Below, piece by piece: positions 27,108 through 36,843 of a stretch of 64,000 nucleotides of DNA. The translations under genes were made by a program, and so were the position numbers. The stretch spans positions 701 through 64,700 of the IMG/VR virus record IMGVR_UViG_3300049899_000550. One strand, written 5' to 3'. Each line of letters begins with the position of its first letter. Within the stretch, counting starts at the first letter, position 1. The notes beneath the pieces are model-generated. The model made no database searches. It was not told where the DNA came from and saw only the letters and a program-made list of their open reading frames with translations. The stretch comes from a virus (taxonomy: Duplodnaviria; Caudoviricetes).

Positions 27108-29235
27108 GTTGTGCTGCTTTAGCGGCTACAGCATTTTCCACTTCATCAGGTAGAGCCTTGTTAACTGCATCGTTAACAGCGGCATCTACTTCTGCTGCAT
27201 CTACTTCTGCATCATCCTCGGCTTCTGCTTCTGCCGCTTGTGCATCTGCTTCTGATGGAATAGGTTCAGCTTCTGCTGCGCCGCCGCCGGTACTTGCAGT
27301 TGGTACAACAGGCTTATTAGATGGTTTAACAAACTCATACATATCTTGTTCTTCGCGCTTTTCTATCTCACCTTTTAGTTGACGTAGTTCGTACTGTGTT
27401 CTGTTTATCTCGTGCTGTATTGATTGCATTTTGTCTCGATAGTTGCTCTGTTTCGCTTGTCTATATTGACTCTTTAAATTGCCAAGTTCTTTCTTTAGCC
27501 GCTTCATTTCGTCTTTGTTTGATTCTTGGTTTGCCGCTTCGTCTGTACGTAAATCATCATCTATACCACGTGATTTAACTCCGCCCTTCTTACGTAACTT
27601 AGCAAGTTCTTTTAACGCATGGTCTATTTCGTTTATGTTCATTTTTAACTCTGCAAACCGTTTGGCAATATCTTGCCAATCGCTTGCTGTTGCTTGTTGT
27701 GCTCGCATAGACAAGTCTAATAGTTGACGTGTAGCACGTGACATACGGAATTTTAATTTGGCTGGGTTAGCATCGGTACCATGTATCATTGGATCCATTG
27801 CATCATCTGCATTTGGTTCAATTGGTGCCTCTTTTAATTTCACATCGTTCTTTCGTTTTATAGCAACTGGTGAGCGTGTTGTGACAATCTCTCTCATGTC
27901 TATTGCTTTGTCTGGTAAGTGTCGATCATTAATATAGCGAATACGATATTCGCCCTTGGCATTGGGTCCTACCCAACTTATAATTTTTTCACTAACATTA
28001 TCGTTGCTTGTTGCACGTTCTGTATGTACAGTACTATCCATATTGTCCCACATCGGGTCGTCGACACTGGTGGCACCAGGACCACCATATGAACCTGTTG
28101 CTAATATGCCAGCAAGTGCTAAGTTCGCTAGTCTGCCCTCTGCTATAAATTCTTCATGATCGTTAAAACCGCCTAAGTATTCAGATGCATACATTTTGCC
28201 CGGACGCACTTTAGTTGGGTAAGGTCCACCACCGCCAAAGTCTAAATTAAAATTAAGTTCAACATAACTAGGCTTTGTACCAGCTTCGTGTGGTTTCATA
28301 ATTGCTGAATATCTATTCTTTTCGGTGTTGTATGATAATGCTTTTAAGTAATAATCATCTGGTACTATATCGAAGTCTAATATACCATTTTGTAAGTAAT
28401 GCATATTATCTTCTGACCAATTATTTCCGTCAGATGAATGATGTGCTGCTAGCCTTTCTTTAGCATATGATGCTTCTTTTATATTGCCATTCATAGCATG
28501 ATAGATTGAAGTGGCAGAAACTGGTTTGCCTGTTCCGTCGCGGAATCTAAGTTTACTAGAATCTATTTTACCTTCGTGATATTTCTCATCGTAAGTAACA
28601 CCGTTCTTGCCCATTGATATATTATATACACGATCGCCTTCTTCTTGTATATCTGTAATTCTAAATTTACCTCTCTTATTTGGGAAACCAGAAACATAAA
28701 ATTTACTATCAGTCGTTTCGTTAAAGTTTTTAAACTCTTCTGCTAGACTTTCTTCTAAGCTTTTAACTGATTCCATCGGTACCGCGCTATAACGCATTCT
28801 GTAGTATTCTTTTTCGCCTGGACTTAATTGCTTGTTCATGCGCTTGGCTTTGTCTTTAGCTTCTTCGCGTGACATGCTTTTAGATACAATAGATCTGCCC
28901 TTACTATCTGTGTTACCCTTTTTAGAACCGATACTGCCGCCTTTTACTACAACCATGTACAACATGTCTTCTGACATTTCATGCAGTTCGCGCATGAAGT
29001 TTTCTGAATCGGGTTCGTCAACATCGTTGTTGTTATCTACTGCAACATCCCCATCAATTATTTCTTCATCATCGTCTTTATCAACTTTTACAATTTTACC
29101 GGCTTCGCCTACTAGCTTATTAATAAAGCCCTTGCCCTTCTTGGGCATATCGGTACCACGTGCATGATCGCCACGTTTTTGCTTTGGCTCCCCTGCAAAT
29201 TTATTCACTGCCTCTAAAAGTTTTTTCATGGTCAT
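27097..29235 (-). CDS. Tagged modular head-associated protein / putative polyprotein
   Basis: MTMKKLLEA; junctions LAE, FNE, IKE, IAE, LKE; Ala/Glu-rich C-terminus. Confidence 0.7.
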   Translation of the reverse strand: MTMKKLLEAVNKFAGEPKQKRGDHARGTDMPKKGKGFINKLVGEAGKIVKVDKDDDEEIIDGDVAVDNNNDVDEPDSENFMRELHEMSEDMLYMVVVKGGSIGSKKGNTDSKGRSIVSKSMSREEAKDKAKRMNKQLSPGEKEYYRMRYSAVPMESVKSLEESLAEEFKNFNETTDSKFYVSGFPNKRGKFRITDIQEEGDRVYNISMGKNGVTYDEKYHEGKIDSSKLRFRDGTGKPVSATSIYHAMNGNIKEASYAKERLAAHHSSDGNNWSEDNMHYLQNGILDFDIVPDDYYLKALSYNTEKNRYSAIMKPHEAGTKPSYVELNFNLDFGGGGPYPTKVRPGKMYASEYLGGFNDHEEFIAEGRLANLALAGILATGSYGGPGATSVDDPMWDNMDSTVHTERATSNDNVSEKIISWVGPNAKGEYRIRYINDRHLPDKAIDMREIVTTRSPVAIKRKNDVKLKEAPIEPNADDAMDPMIHGTDANPAKLKFRMSRATRQLLDLSMRAQQATASDWQDIAKRFAELKMNINEIDHALKELAKLRKKGGVKSRGIDDDLRTDEAANQESNKDEMKRLKKELGNLKSQYRQAKQSNYRDKMQSIQHEINRTQYELRQLKGEIEKREEQDMYEFVKPSNKPVVPTASTGGGAAEAEPIPSEADAQAAEAEAEDDAEVDAAEVDAAVNDAVNKALPDEVENAVAAKAAQLKK

Positions 29236-29244
29236 TGTCTCTGT

Positions 29245-29580
29245 TTATTGTGTATTTAGCAAAGCAAATGTAATGTCATATGCACTTGCCTTTGTAATTT
29301 TATAATCGCTAGCAACGAAATTTGTAATAATTAAATCAGCTAATCTAAATTTAGCTTGTGCTGGGTTTTTAAGTATTGGCACAAGTTTAATTGAATATTC
29401 CTTTGCCTCGCCGTCTAACCAAATATTTTCTGTTAATGGATTCTTACCCCATAACCATGCTCGCTCTGTTAGCAAATCGTGATTCGCATATATTCTATAT
29501 GCCGGCTTGATATAGTCTTTCTCAAATACCCAGTTTGGTTGTGCGCAATATACATTTACTTCAATGTTGATCTGAGGCAT
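29245..29580 (-). CDS. Hypothetical protein
   Basis: ORF track; tiles with neighbours. Confidence 0.6.
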   Translation of the reverse strand: MPQINIEVNVYCAQPNWVFEKDYIKPAYRIYANHDLLTERAWLWGKNPLTENIWLDGEAKEYSIKLVPILKNPAQAKFRLADLIITNFVASDYKITKASAYDITFALLNTQ

Positions 29581-30773
29581 CGTACCTCACTTAATACTTT
29601 TTGTAATGCTTCTAGTTTTAGTGCCTTCCGATTTAAAACATCTGTGCCCGGCCGTACATCGTTTGTCATTGACATTGAATAACGTGGATCCTTAGCTTGC
29701 TTTGCATTCTTAGCAATAACACCAACGCCAGCTGCATTTTCTCGCATTTCGTGCTTATCAGCAACTCTAAGATTGTCAGGGTAATTATCTGTATCTGTAA
29801 GATTGTCGATTTGTTGTTGTAAATTTTCAACATGATTTTCTAGCTTCATTTCAAGAGCACCTAACTGAGCAATACGCTCGTCGTCAGCCGCCTTTTCGTT
29901 ATCTAGTCTATCAATATCTTTTTTCTCGCGACTTATAATATATAATGTCAACGCTTCTTCTGGCGTACTTGCTTCTGGATGAGCAATTTGCGCCTTACGA
30001 TTCATTGCCATTACTAGTGCGTTAGTAGCTTTCTTAGAGTGTTCATTGGACCCGGTGTGCTTATGATCGTGATCATGTTCATCATCTTCTGGTCTGTCTT
30101 TTCTTTCGCCTGCTTCAAATATTTCATTAATATGCATTGCTGCTTCCTCGGTAGTTATTTTGGCTGTCATTAGTTTTTCAATACTTTTACTGTATTTGCC
30201 AAACAAGTCTGTAATAATTAATTTTTTAGTTTCTTCGTCTGCATCTGCAAACATAGCTCTTATTTCTGTCGCGCTATTTGCTGCATTACCTAATACAGTA
30301 AAATCCATAGTAGGTACGGTTGTTATGTAGGCATGTTTATCTGCTGTATGTGCTTCGCTTAAATCGTTTGGCATTGCTTGTAAATAAGCCGGACTGCCAT
30401 CTTTCTTTGGTTTAAATGTAAAGCGAGGATCATCTTCTGCCATATCCTTTTCACTTACTGCGAATAGCAATACCGTATTGTTTTTGTCTATTGTGTTAAC
30501 TAGCTCTAAGCTTTGATATGGTTGTTTAGATTGTAATACAGCACTTGGATTAATGCCTGTTAACTTCATCATTCTTTGTTTTTCTTTAAAGTTAAATGGA
30601 GATTTAGGAGGATCTACTTTGTCGCTTGTACTAATATACACGCTATCACTGCCATATTTTTGTACTAAATGATCGTAGACAGCTTTGTGGCCTTTGTGAA
30701 AGGGTTGAAAGCGTCCTGGATAAATTACAAGAACATTGTGTTGTAAAGCTTCGAATAGTTGTGTTAAAAACAT
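29556..30773 (-). CDS. Tagged HIGH-family nucleotidyltransferase (cytidylyl/NMN-adenylyltransferase-like) with C-terminal modules
   Basis: MFLTQLFE; PGRFQPFHKGH; SATEIR. Confidence 0.8.
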   Translation of the reverse strand: MFLTQLFEALQHNVLVIYPGRFQPFHKGHKAVYDHLVQKYGSDSVYISTSDKVDPPKSPFNFKEKQRMMKLTGINPSAVLQSKQPYQSLELVNTIDKNNTVLLFAVSEKDMAEDDPRFTFKPKKDGSPAYLQAMPNDLSEAHTADKHAYITTVPTMDFTVLGNAANSATEIRAMFADADEETKKLIITDLFGKYSKSIEKLMTAKITTEEAAMHINEIFEAGERKDRPEDDEHDHDHKHTGSNEHSKKATNALVMAMNRKAQIAHPEASTPEEALTLYIISREKKDIDRLDNEKAADDERIAQLGALEMKLENHVENLQQQIDNLTDTDNYPDNLRVADKHEMRENAAGVGVIAKNAKQAKDPRYSMSMTNDVRPGTDVLNRKALKLEALQKVLSEVRCLRSTLK

Positions 30774-30820
30774 AGTAAATCTAATTCCATAGAGTATACT
30801 ATATTTATGCTAGAGATGTT

Positions 30821-30849
30821 TTAGTGGGCGACATCACGCCACCCACTAA
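30821..30849. terminator. Hairpin between the glycosyltransferase gene and the late cargo cluster
   Basis: TTAGTGGG...CCCACTAA inverted repeat; no U-tract. Confidence 0.45.
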
Positions 30850-30856
30850 TTATCAT

Positions 30857-31756
30857 TTATACTTTTTGAAATCCGGGTGCAGGAACAATTGGTACTGGTC
30901 CTGTTTGTTTAGGTGCTGTTGGTGCTACTCTGGGTTTACTCGGATCTACTACTTTTTGTCCGGTTAATACTTCTAAATCACCTGCAAATTCGTAATGTCC
31001 ACAATGATTAAGTAACACGCCGGCATGTGCATGAACATCGCCACCCAATGCACCCCAACGTCTACAAAATGTCCAGTCTTCACTTAAATAGTGTCCTTCA
31101 TCGTCAATTAAGGTATCAAATATTGAATACATGTTAGGTTCGTATTCTTTACCTAAGCCGACATCATCGCAGTATTTTAATTCCGGGTGTGCATCAATAA
31201 GCTTTTGATAGACTTCACGTTTAAATAACATAAAACCTGTGCCCATTGTATCTACTTTAAATGTGCCATCTTCTTCGATTTTAGTGCCGTCCTTAGCATT
31301 AATAACATATGAGATAGGCAAAGACTTTTTAGGGTACAATCCGCCGATTACATCTTTTTCTGCCATAAGCATCTGAAATATAGCTTCTGACTCAAATCTA
31401 ATATCAGCGTCAACAAACATAAAATGAGTAGCTTTTTTATTAGTCATCATTTTAGCCATTAAATTATTACGAGCTCTCGTTACTAATGATTCGTTTACCA
31501 TAGTATCTAATGACCATTGCAGACCTACGCTATTTGCTAATAAGATAAATTTTAAAATACTAGTGAAACAAGGTTCTGTAATTTGTCCACCGTAGCAAGG
31601 GATACCAAAATGTACATGGTATTGGCTAAAGTCATGATCTACCTGCCGCCGTCCTGGTTCTTGCAACGGAACAGATGGTGCGGTATGTCTAGGAGCGGGT
31701 TTACTTCTAGTTGACTTTTTGCTTGCTTTCTTCTTTGCTCTCTTCTTACTTGCCAT
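30857..31756 (-). CDS. GT-A fold glycosyltransferase-like protein with a Lys-rich N-terminus
   Basis: GIPCYGG, SLVTRARN, FMFVDADI (DxD), LSEDWTFC. Confidence 0.75.
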   Translation of the reverse strand: MASKKRAKKKASKKSTRSKPAPRHTAPSVPLQEPGRRQVDHDFSQYHVHFGIPCYGGQITEPCFTSILKFILLANSVGLQWSLDTMVNESLVTRARNNLMAKMMTNKKATHFMFVDADIRFESEAIFQMLMAEKDVIGGLYPKKSLPISYVINAKDGTKIEEDGTFKVDTMGTGFMLFKREVYQKLIDAHPELKYCDDVGLGKEYEPNMYSIFDTLIDDEGHYLSEDWTFCRRWGALGGDVHAHAGVLLNHCGHYEFAGDLEVLTGQKVVDPSKPRVAPTAPKQTGPVPIVPAPGFQKV

Positions 31757-31788
31757 TGATTATTCTCTCTGTATATTTTGATTAAATA

Positions 31789-31953
31789 TTACTCAGTGAT
31801 AACTTCTACAACTATACCATCACCTACCAGTTCTAGTGCTACCTGCTCTAAAGCATCTAACACATCTTTGCCTACTATCTCGGCAGAGTCGTCACTTTCT
31901 TTACCTAACTTGCTAAATTTAATAGCAATCACTTCTTCGAATATTTTAGCCAT
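31789..31953 (-). CDS. Small acidic protein (54 aa)
   Basis: My translation MAKIFEEVIAIKFSKLGKE...VVEVITE*; SD GAGG. Confidence 0.6.
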   Translation of the reverse strand: MAKIFEEVIAIKFSKLGKESDDSAEIVGKDVLDALEQVALELVGDGIVVEVITE

Positions 31954-32008
31954 TGTCTTTCCTCGTAAATAATTATATGCTACTATTATTTAGTTAGGCT
32001 GATCGTGG

Positions 32009-34345
32009 CTAATTAATTTCTGGCTGCTCTTCTACTTGCTCTTCGACTTCCGGAACCACTTCGGTCTTTTGAACCTTAGCTCTTGACTTAGTAATTGTTA
32101 ACTCGTCTTTCTTCCAACCTAACTTAAGTGCCGAGCCTGCCTTTACACCATCAAACAATATCTTTCTACTTAATGGAACCTTAACAAGTTCGTTAATCTT
32201 ACGTGCTAAAGGTCTTGCACCCATAGCAGGTTCGAATCCAACTTCGAGCAGATGGTTAACTAATGATTCTTCAGCAACTATTCGAATTTCTTTTTCTAAT
32301 AGCATAACATTAAGTTCGTTAATAAATTTAACAATAATTTGTTTCATTGCTAATTCATTTAACTTGTCGAACTTAACAATACCATCTAAGCGATTTCGGA
32401 ATTCTGGTTTGAAGAAGTCTTTAACTGCTTTGTCATCTTCGCCTGTTTTCTCTAAGTCACCAAATCCAATAGCATTACGTTCGCCATCTGCTGAACCTAA
32501 GTTACTTGTCATTATAATAATACAATGTCTGCAATCGACACGTTTACCGTTACTACCGGTAATCATACCATTATCCATAATCTGTAACAATATGTTACTA
32601 ACGTCAGGATGTGCCTTCTCGATCTCGTCAAATAAGATAATAGCATTAGGGTTACGTTCTACTTCACTAATAAGTAGACCGCCGCCTAAGTTACCATCTT
32701 CATATCCAACATACCCGGGAGGTGCGCCAACTAAACGCGAAACAGTATGTTTTTCTTGGTATTCGGACATATCAAAGCGTACAAGTTTCATACTTAACTT
32801 GTCTGCTAATTGTTTACATAGTTCAGTTTTACCTGTGCCTGTTGGACCTAAGAATAAGAAGTTACCAATTGGTTTCTCTGGATCTTTAAGACCAGCCTTG
32901 GCAATGTAAATCTTTTCTAGTACAGAATCAACAGCATCGTCTTGTCCAAATATCTTCGACTTAATTGCTGTATTAAAATCCTCTGGCGGCTTCTCATCGT
33001 TGTCGCTTGAGATTGTATCTGCTGGTATTTTAGTTGCCTTGCTTAAAGTCTTAACAATATCTTCTTTGTTGACTATGAAGTCTTTATGCTTAATTTTTAA
33101 ACATGCACAACTCATATCTATTAAGTCAATTGCTTTATCCGGTAGTCGTTTGTCTGTTTGAAAACGTACACTTAAATCAACTGCGGCATTAATAGCGTCA
33201 TCTGTAATAGTACCGTGATGAAACTTTTCAAAGTGTTCACGTAATCCCATTAAAATATCTTTAGCAATATCACTAGTTGGTTCATCGATGTTAAGCTTAT
33301 AAAATCTACGCATTAACGCACGATCTTTTTCAAAACTCTTTGTGTACTCTTCGAACGTTGTGCTTGCTATTACTTTAATGTCGCCTCTGCTTAAAGCAGG
33401 TTTAATCATGTTAGCGAAGTCAACACTACCGGAACTACCTGCACCAGCACCTGACATTTGGTGCGCTTCATCGATAAACAATACAGCTTTACCGCGTTCG
33501 TTTAATGCTGCTAGTACATCTTTAACCTTCTCTTCAAACTCGCCTCTGTATTTACAGCCGGCAAGCAAGCTACCAATTTCTAAATTAAATACTGTATAAT
33601 CATGTAAGTATTCTGGGATATCTTTTTCGATAATTTTATATGCTAGTCCTTCGGCAATAGCAGTTTTACCTACACCCGGGTCGCCAATCATTAACACGTT
33701 GCTTTTGTGTCTACGTGCTAATACTTGTGATATTTCTTCGAGCTCATCTTGTCTGCCTATAACCGGATCTATCTTGCCTTCTGTTACTAGTGCATTTAAA
33801 TCTGTGCAATATTCTGCAAGTATTTGTTCTGTTATCTTTGCTTGTCTGTCAGCTCTATGTGAACCACGGCTTCCAGGATTAGATGCTGTTCCGCCTAACG
33901 AGTTCGTCATTAACCCACCCATTAGTTCTGCTATAGCCTCCTCATCAACAGACCACTTTCTTAAAAAGTATGCAGCATGGCTATTTGATTCTTGCATGAT
34001 ACTAAGATATAAATCTGTTGGCTCTATTTGTTCACGTGCAGCGAATACAACTTGTGTAAATGCCCGATTAAATACACGTTCTAATGTATTTGTTCTACGT
34101 GGTGGTGTTGATGTATTTTTAATTTCGAGATAAGTTTGATCTGCGATATAATTGTATAAATCATCTAATAACCCAATTACATCAACACCGGCTTGTGTTA
34201 ACAATTCGTTGAACTCATCTTCTTCAATTAATGCTACAGTTAAATGTTCAAGGGTAACATACTCGTGATTTTTAGATAAGGCAATTTGAGTTGCTTGTCT
34301 TACTATTTCTTCCATAGCGGAATTATTTGGTTGTTTTTGTGCCAC
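32009..34345 (-). CDS. clpA: ClpA-like Hsp100 AAA+ ATPase
   Basis: Clp N-domain HEYVTLEHL; Walker A GDPGVGKT and GPTGTGKT; IGF ClpP-docking loop; no ClpB middle domain. Confidence 0.9.
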   Translation of the reverse strand: MAQKQPNNSAMEEIVRQATQIALSKNHEYVTLEHLTVALIEEDEFNELLTQAGVDVIGLLDDLYNYIADQTYLEIKNTSTPPRRTNTLERVFNRAFTQVVFAAREQIEPTDLYLSIMQESNSHAAYFLRKWSVDEEAIAELMGGLMTNSLGGTASNPGSRGSHRADRQAKITEQILAEYCTDLNALVTEGKIDPVIGRQDELEEISQVLARRHKSNVLMIGDPGVGKTAIAEGLAYKIIEKDIPEYLHDYTVFNLEIGSLLAGCKYRGEFEEKVKDVLAALNERGKAVLFIDEAHQMSGAGAGSSGSVDFANMIKPALSRGDIKVIASTTFEEYTKSFEKDRALMRRFYKLNIDEPTSDIAKDILMGLREHFEKFHHGTITDDAINAAVDLSVRFQTDKRLPDKAIDLIDMSCACLKIKHKDFIVNKEDIVKTLSKATKIPADTISSDNDEKPPEDFNTAIKSKIFGQDDAVDSVLEKIYIAKAGLKDPEKPIGNFLFLGPTGTGKTELCKQLADKLSMKLVRFDMSEYQEKHTVSRLVGAPPGYVGYEDGNLGGGLLISEVERNPNAIILFDEIEKAHPDVSNILLQIMDNGMITGSNGKRVDCRHCIIIMTSNLGSADGERNAIGFGDLEKTGEDDKAVKDFFKPEFRNRLDGIVKFDKLNELAMKQIIVKFINELNVMLLEKEIRIVAEESLVNHLLEVGFEPAMGARPLARKINELVKVPLSRKILFDGVKAGSALKLGWKKDELTITKSRAKVQKTEVVPEVEEQVEEQPEIN

Positions 34346-34371
34346 TTGTAATACCTCGCTTATATTAATAT

Positions 34372-35178
34372 TTATTTGTTATTTTTTACTGTTTTTATAA
34401 TTTCTTTTTGTTCATCTGTTAATTCGGGTACAGTAACTTTTAAATTAACAAAAAGATTACCTCGCATCTTTTTCTGAAACTTACAAAGTCCTTGTCCGTT
34501 CATGCGGAAATTTTTATTTGGTTGGCTTCCTGCCGGTATCGTTAATTTAAATTTCTTACCATCTAATCCACGCAATTCAATTTCTGTGCCAATCATTGCA
34601 TCAAGTGCATCTATCTCTGCTACAGTTACTAAATCAACGCCCGACACATCAAAGTTCTCGTGTGGTATTATAGTTACTATAACATAAAGGTCACCGCGTG
34701 TCAAGTTAGAATTAGCGTTGTCACCTTGCCCGGCATATTTCAATGTGGTACCGGGTACAACCCCTTGCGGAATGGTAACATTAACCTTGAAATGGTTGCC
34801 TTTAGTTGTTTGTACGTCTACTAGTTTAGATTGTGGTTCGAGTGTGCTTCCTAAAGAAACAGCAATTTGTATGCGCAGATCTCTATTCTTCTGTGGTGGT
34901 CGTTGTTGTGGGCGCCGAGGTCCGCCTTGCCCGTTTCGGAAAAAGTCACCAAAAATATCCTGGAAGTCTCTTTCGTTGAATGAACTGTTGGGTCCAAAAG
35001 GATTTTGCTGTTCTGGTTGTGGGTTAGTTATTTGTTCGTATGCTTTTTTAACTTCTTTGAACTTTTCAGCATCGCCACCTTTGTCGGGGTGATGTTTACT
35101 AGCCGCACGTTTGTAAGCTTTTTTAACTTCTTCTTCGGATGCACCTTGTTTGATGCCTAATGTAGAATATGGGTCCAC
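34372..35178 (-). CDS. DnaJ/CbpA-type co-chaperone without zinc finger
   Basis: J domain with HPDKGG, G/F linker, DnaJ C-terminal GDLYV. Confidence 0.9.
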   Translation of the reverse strand: MDPYSTLGIKQGASEEEVKKAYKRAASKHHPDKGGDAEKFKEVKKAYEQITNPQPEQQNPFGPNSSFNERDFQDIFGDFFRNGQGGPRRPQQRPPQKNRDLRIQIAVSLGSTLEPQSKLVDVQTTKGNHFKVNVTIPQGVVPGTTLKYAGQGDNANSNLTRGDLYVIVTIIPHENFDVSGVDLVTVAEIDALDAMIGTEIELRGLDGKKFKLTIPAGSQPNKNFRMNGQGLCKFQKKMRGNLFVNLKVTVPELTDEQKEIIKTVKNNK

Positions 35179-35183
35179 AGTGT

Positions 35184-35212
35184 ATTATACTACAGATTTA
35201 TGAAAAGAGCAA
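35184..35212 (-). promoter_or_regulatory. Sigma70 promoter 5 nt upstream of the dnaJ-like GTG (probably leaderless)
   Basis: TTGCTC-17 nt-TATAAT-acact-GTG. Confidence 0.6.
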
Positions 35213-35311
35213 GAAAAGAGTGTGTTACGGGAATTCTTTATACATCTTATTCACCTGTTTTTGTAATACCAGTGAAGCCACCTTGTTCTATTTTGTCTGT
35301 CGGATCTATCA

Positions 35312-35656
35312 TTATCTTCTCCATGCCTTACCGGCTTCATCTTTCTTGTCGTGCCCGCTTCGAATTTCTAAACATTCGTTAAAAGCAATCTCATATGTTT
35401 TGACGGGATCTCTAAAATCTCTTTTCCATACTGTAATTGCTGACCGATATAAGTCAAACGGTATAGTTCTATCCATTGCGTCAATCCACATCTTTTCAAA
35501 ATCTTTAATTGTTTTATCGTAACCTTCGGACATTCTATAATTAGTTACTAATGCAATTTCTAAGGCCACCTCTCCACAAAATCCATTTAATTTTGCTTCT
35601 TCTGCCTGTACAACAGAACTCAGCAAAATTAATATCGTTATTATTATTTTATACAT
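35312..35656 (-). CDS. Exported hypothetical protein
   Basis: Signal peptide MYKIIITILILLSSVVQA. Confidence 0.65.
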   Translation of the reverse strand: MYKIIITILILLSSVVQAEEAKLNGFCGEVALEIALVTNYRMSEGYDKTIKDFEKMWIDAMDRTIPFDLYRSAITVWKRDFRDPVKTYEIAFNECLEIRSGHDKKDEAGKAWRR

Positions 35657-35658
35657 CG

Positions 35659-35925
35659 TTATTCCTTATCTCCAAAATTTTCGTGTACGTCTTTAACAAG
35701 CCACTCGTAGGCTTCTTCGTAATTACCGTATTCGTCTTTACGATACAAATCATCGAACTCACTAGGGTAGGCCATTGCTAGCCAAAGTAAACGCATATGT
35801 GACACGCGGTTAGTGAATTTATCTTTTGGCTTTAGCCATGTTATTACAAGAAACGCGCCAAGTGTAGCAAGCGGCAACAATAATAATTGTGATATTACTA
35901 ATAAAATTATTCCTAATATTCCCAT
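35659..35925 (-). CDS. Membrane protein
   Basis: N-terminal hydrophobic helix. Confidence 0.65.
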   Translation of the reverse strand: MGILGIILLVISQLLLLPLATLGAFLVITWLKPKDKFTNRVSHMRLLWLAMAYPSEFDDLYRKDEYGNYEEAYEWLVKDVHENFGDKE

Positions 35926-35934
35926 ATTATTCCT

Positions 35935-36375
35935 TTAATTTGTTAAGGTGTCTTGTATGCTAGCCATCCATTCTTTCTGCGGGAGGCGCGCACTGTTCAT
36001 TGCATCAATTTCAACTACTTTTATAATATGGTCCGGGCTAATAAAACCATCTGCTCTCAATGCATCGCCTGCACCTGTCTTTAAATTAATATCGTCGGAT
36101 GGATCTGTGTGCCAGTCATCTGTTCTTGCAAACTTAACTATTGATATGGGTTTTTGGAATTGAAAGAACTGTTTTAATGACCATTTAAAAGCATCTTCAG
36201 GGTGGGCAAATGCAAACACGCCACCATCTGCGTTATAACGTTCGCCTTCTCCATTTGCCCAGTTACTTGTTTGTAACGGTAGCAAACCTTCCTTTGATAT
36301 TTTAGGAACATACTCCGAGAATGTAACGTGATATACTGCTTCTGTGCTTTCTCTTAAAAATTCTCTGCTTTGCAT
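35935..36375 (-). CDS. Tagged ADP-ribosyltransferase-fold protein, copy 2
   Basis: MQSREFLRE; VYHVT...ISKEGL...GVFAF. Confidence 0.6.
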   Translation of the reverse strand: MQSREFLRESTEAVYHVTFSEYVPKISKEGLLPLQTSNWANGEGERYNADGGVFAFAHPEDAFKWSLKQFFQFQKPISIVKFARTDDWHTDPSDDINLKTGAGDALRADGFISPDHIIKVVEIDAMNSARLPQKEWMASIQDTLTN

Positions 36376-36392
36376 ATTACCATATTATTCCT

Positions 36393-36842
36393 TTAATTTG
36401 TTAAGGTGTCTTGTATTTGAGTAAACCATTCTGCTTGCGAAATACCTAGCTCTTGCGGATTGCCTAGTTCATCAAAATTAACAACTTTAATTACATTTTC
36501 GGGACCAATAAAATCATCTGCTCTCAATGCATCGCCTGCGCCCATCTGTAAAGTAATATCGTCGGACGGATCTTTGTGCCAATCGTTAGTCCTTGTAAAC
36601 TTAACTATTGATACGGGTTTTTTAAATTGAAAGTTTTGATTGAAGGCCCATTTAAAAGCATCCATAGGATGTGCAAAAGCAAATACACCACCATCTGCAT
36701 TATAACGTTCGCCTTCGCCATTTGCCCAGTTGCTTGTTTGCAACGGTAGCAGACCTTTTTCTAGTATTGCAGGAACATGAGCAGAGAATGTAACGTGATA
36801 TACTGCTTCTGTGCTTTCTCTTAAAAATTCTCTGCTTTGCAT
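36393..36842 (-). CDS. Tagged ADP-ribosyltransferase-fold protein, copy 1
   Basis: Close paralog of the adjacent ORF. Confidence 0.6.
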   Translation of the reverse strand: MQSREFLRESTEAVYHVTFSAHVPAILEKGLLPLQTSNWANGEGERYNADGGVFAFAHPMDAFKWAFNQNFQFKKPVSIVKFTRTNDWHKDPSDDITLQMGAGDALRADDFIGPENVIKVVNFDELGNPQELGISQAEWFTQIQDTLTN

Positions 36843-36843
36843 A

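Noticed and set aside
31789-31953. ClpS adaptor downstream of clpA
   Set aside because: 54 aa with no ClpS motif (LxNDDYT/M).
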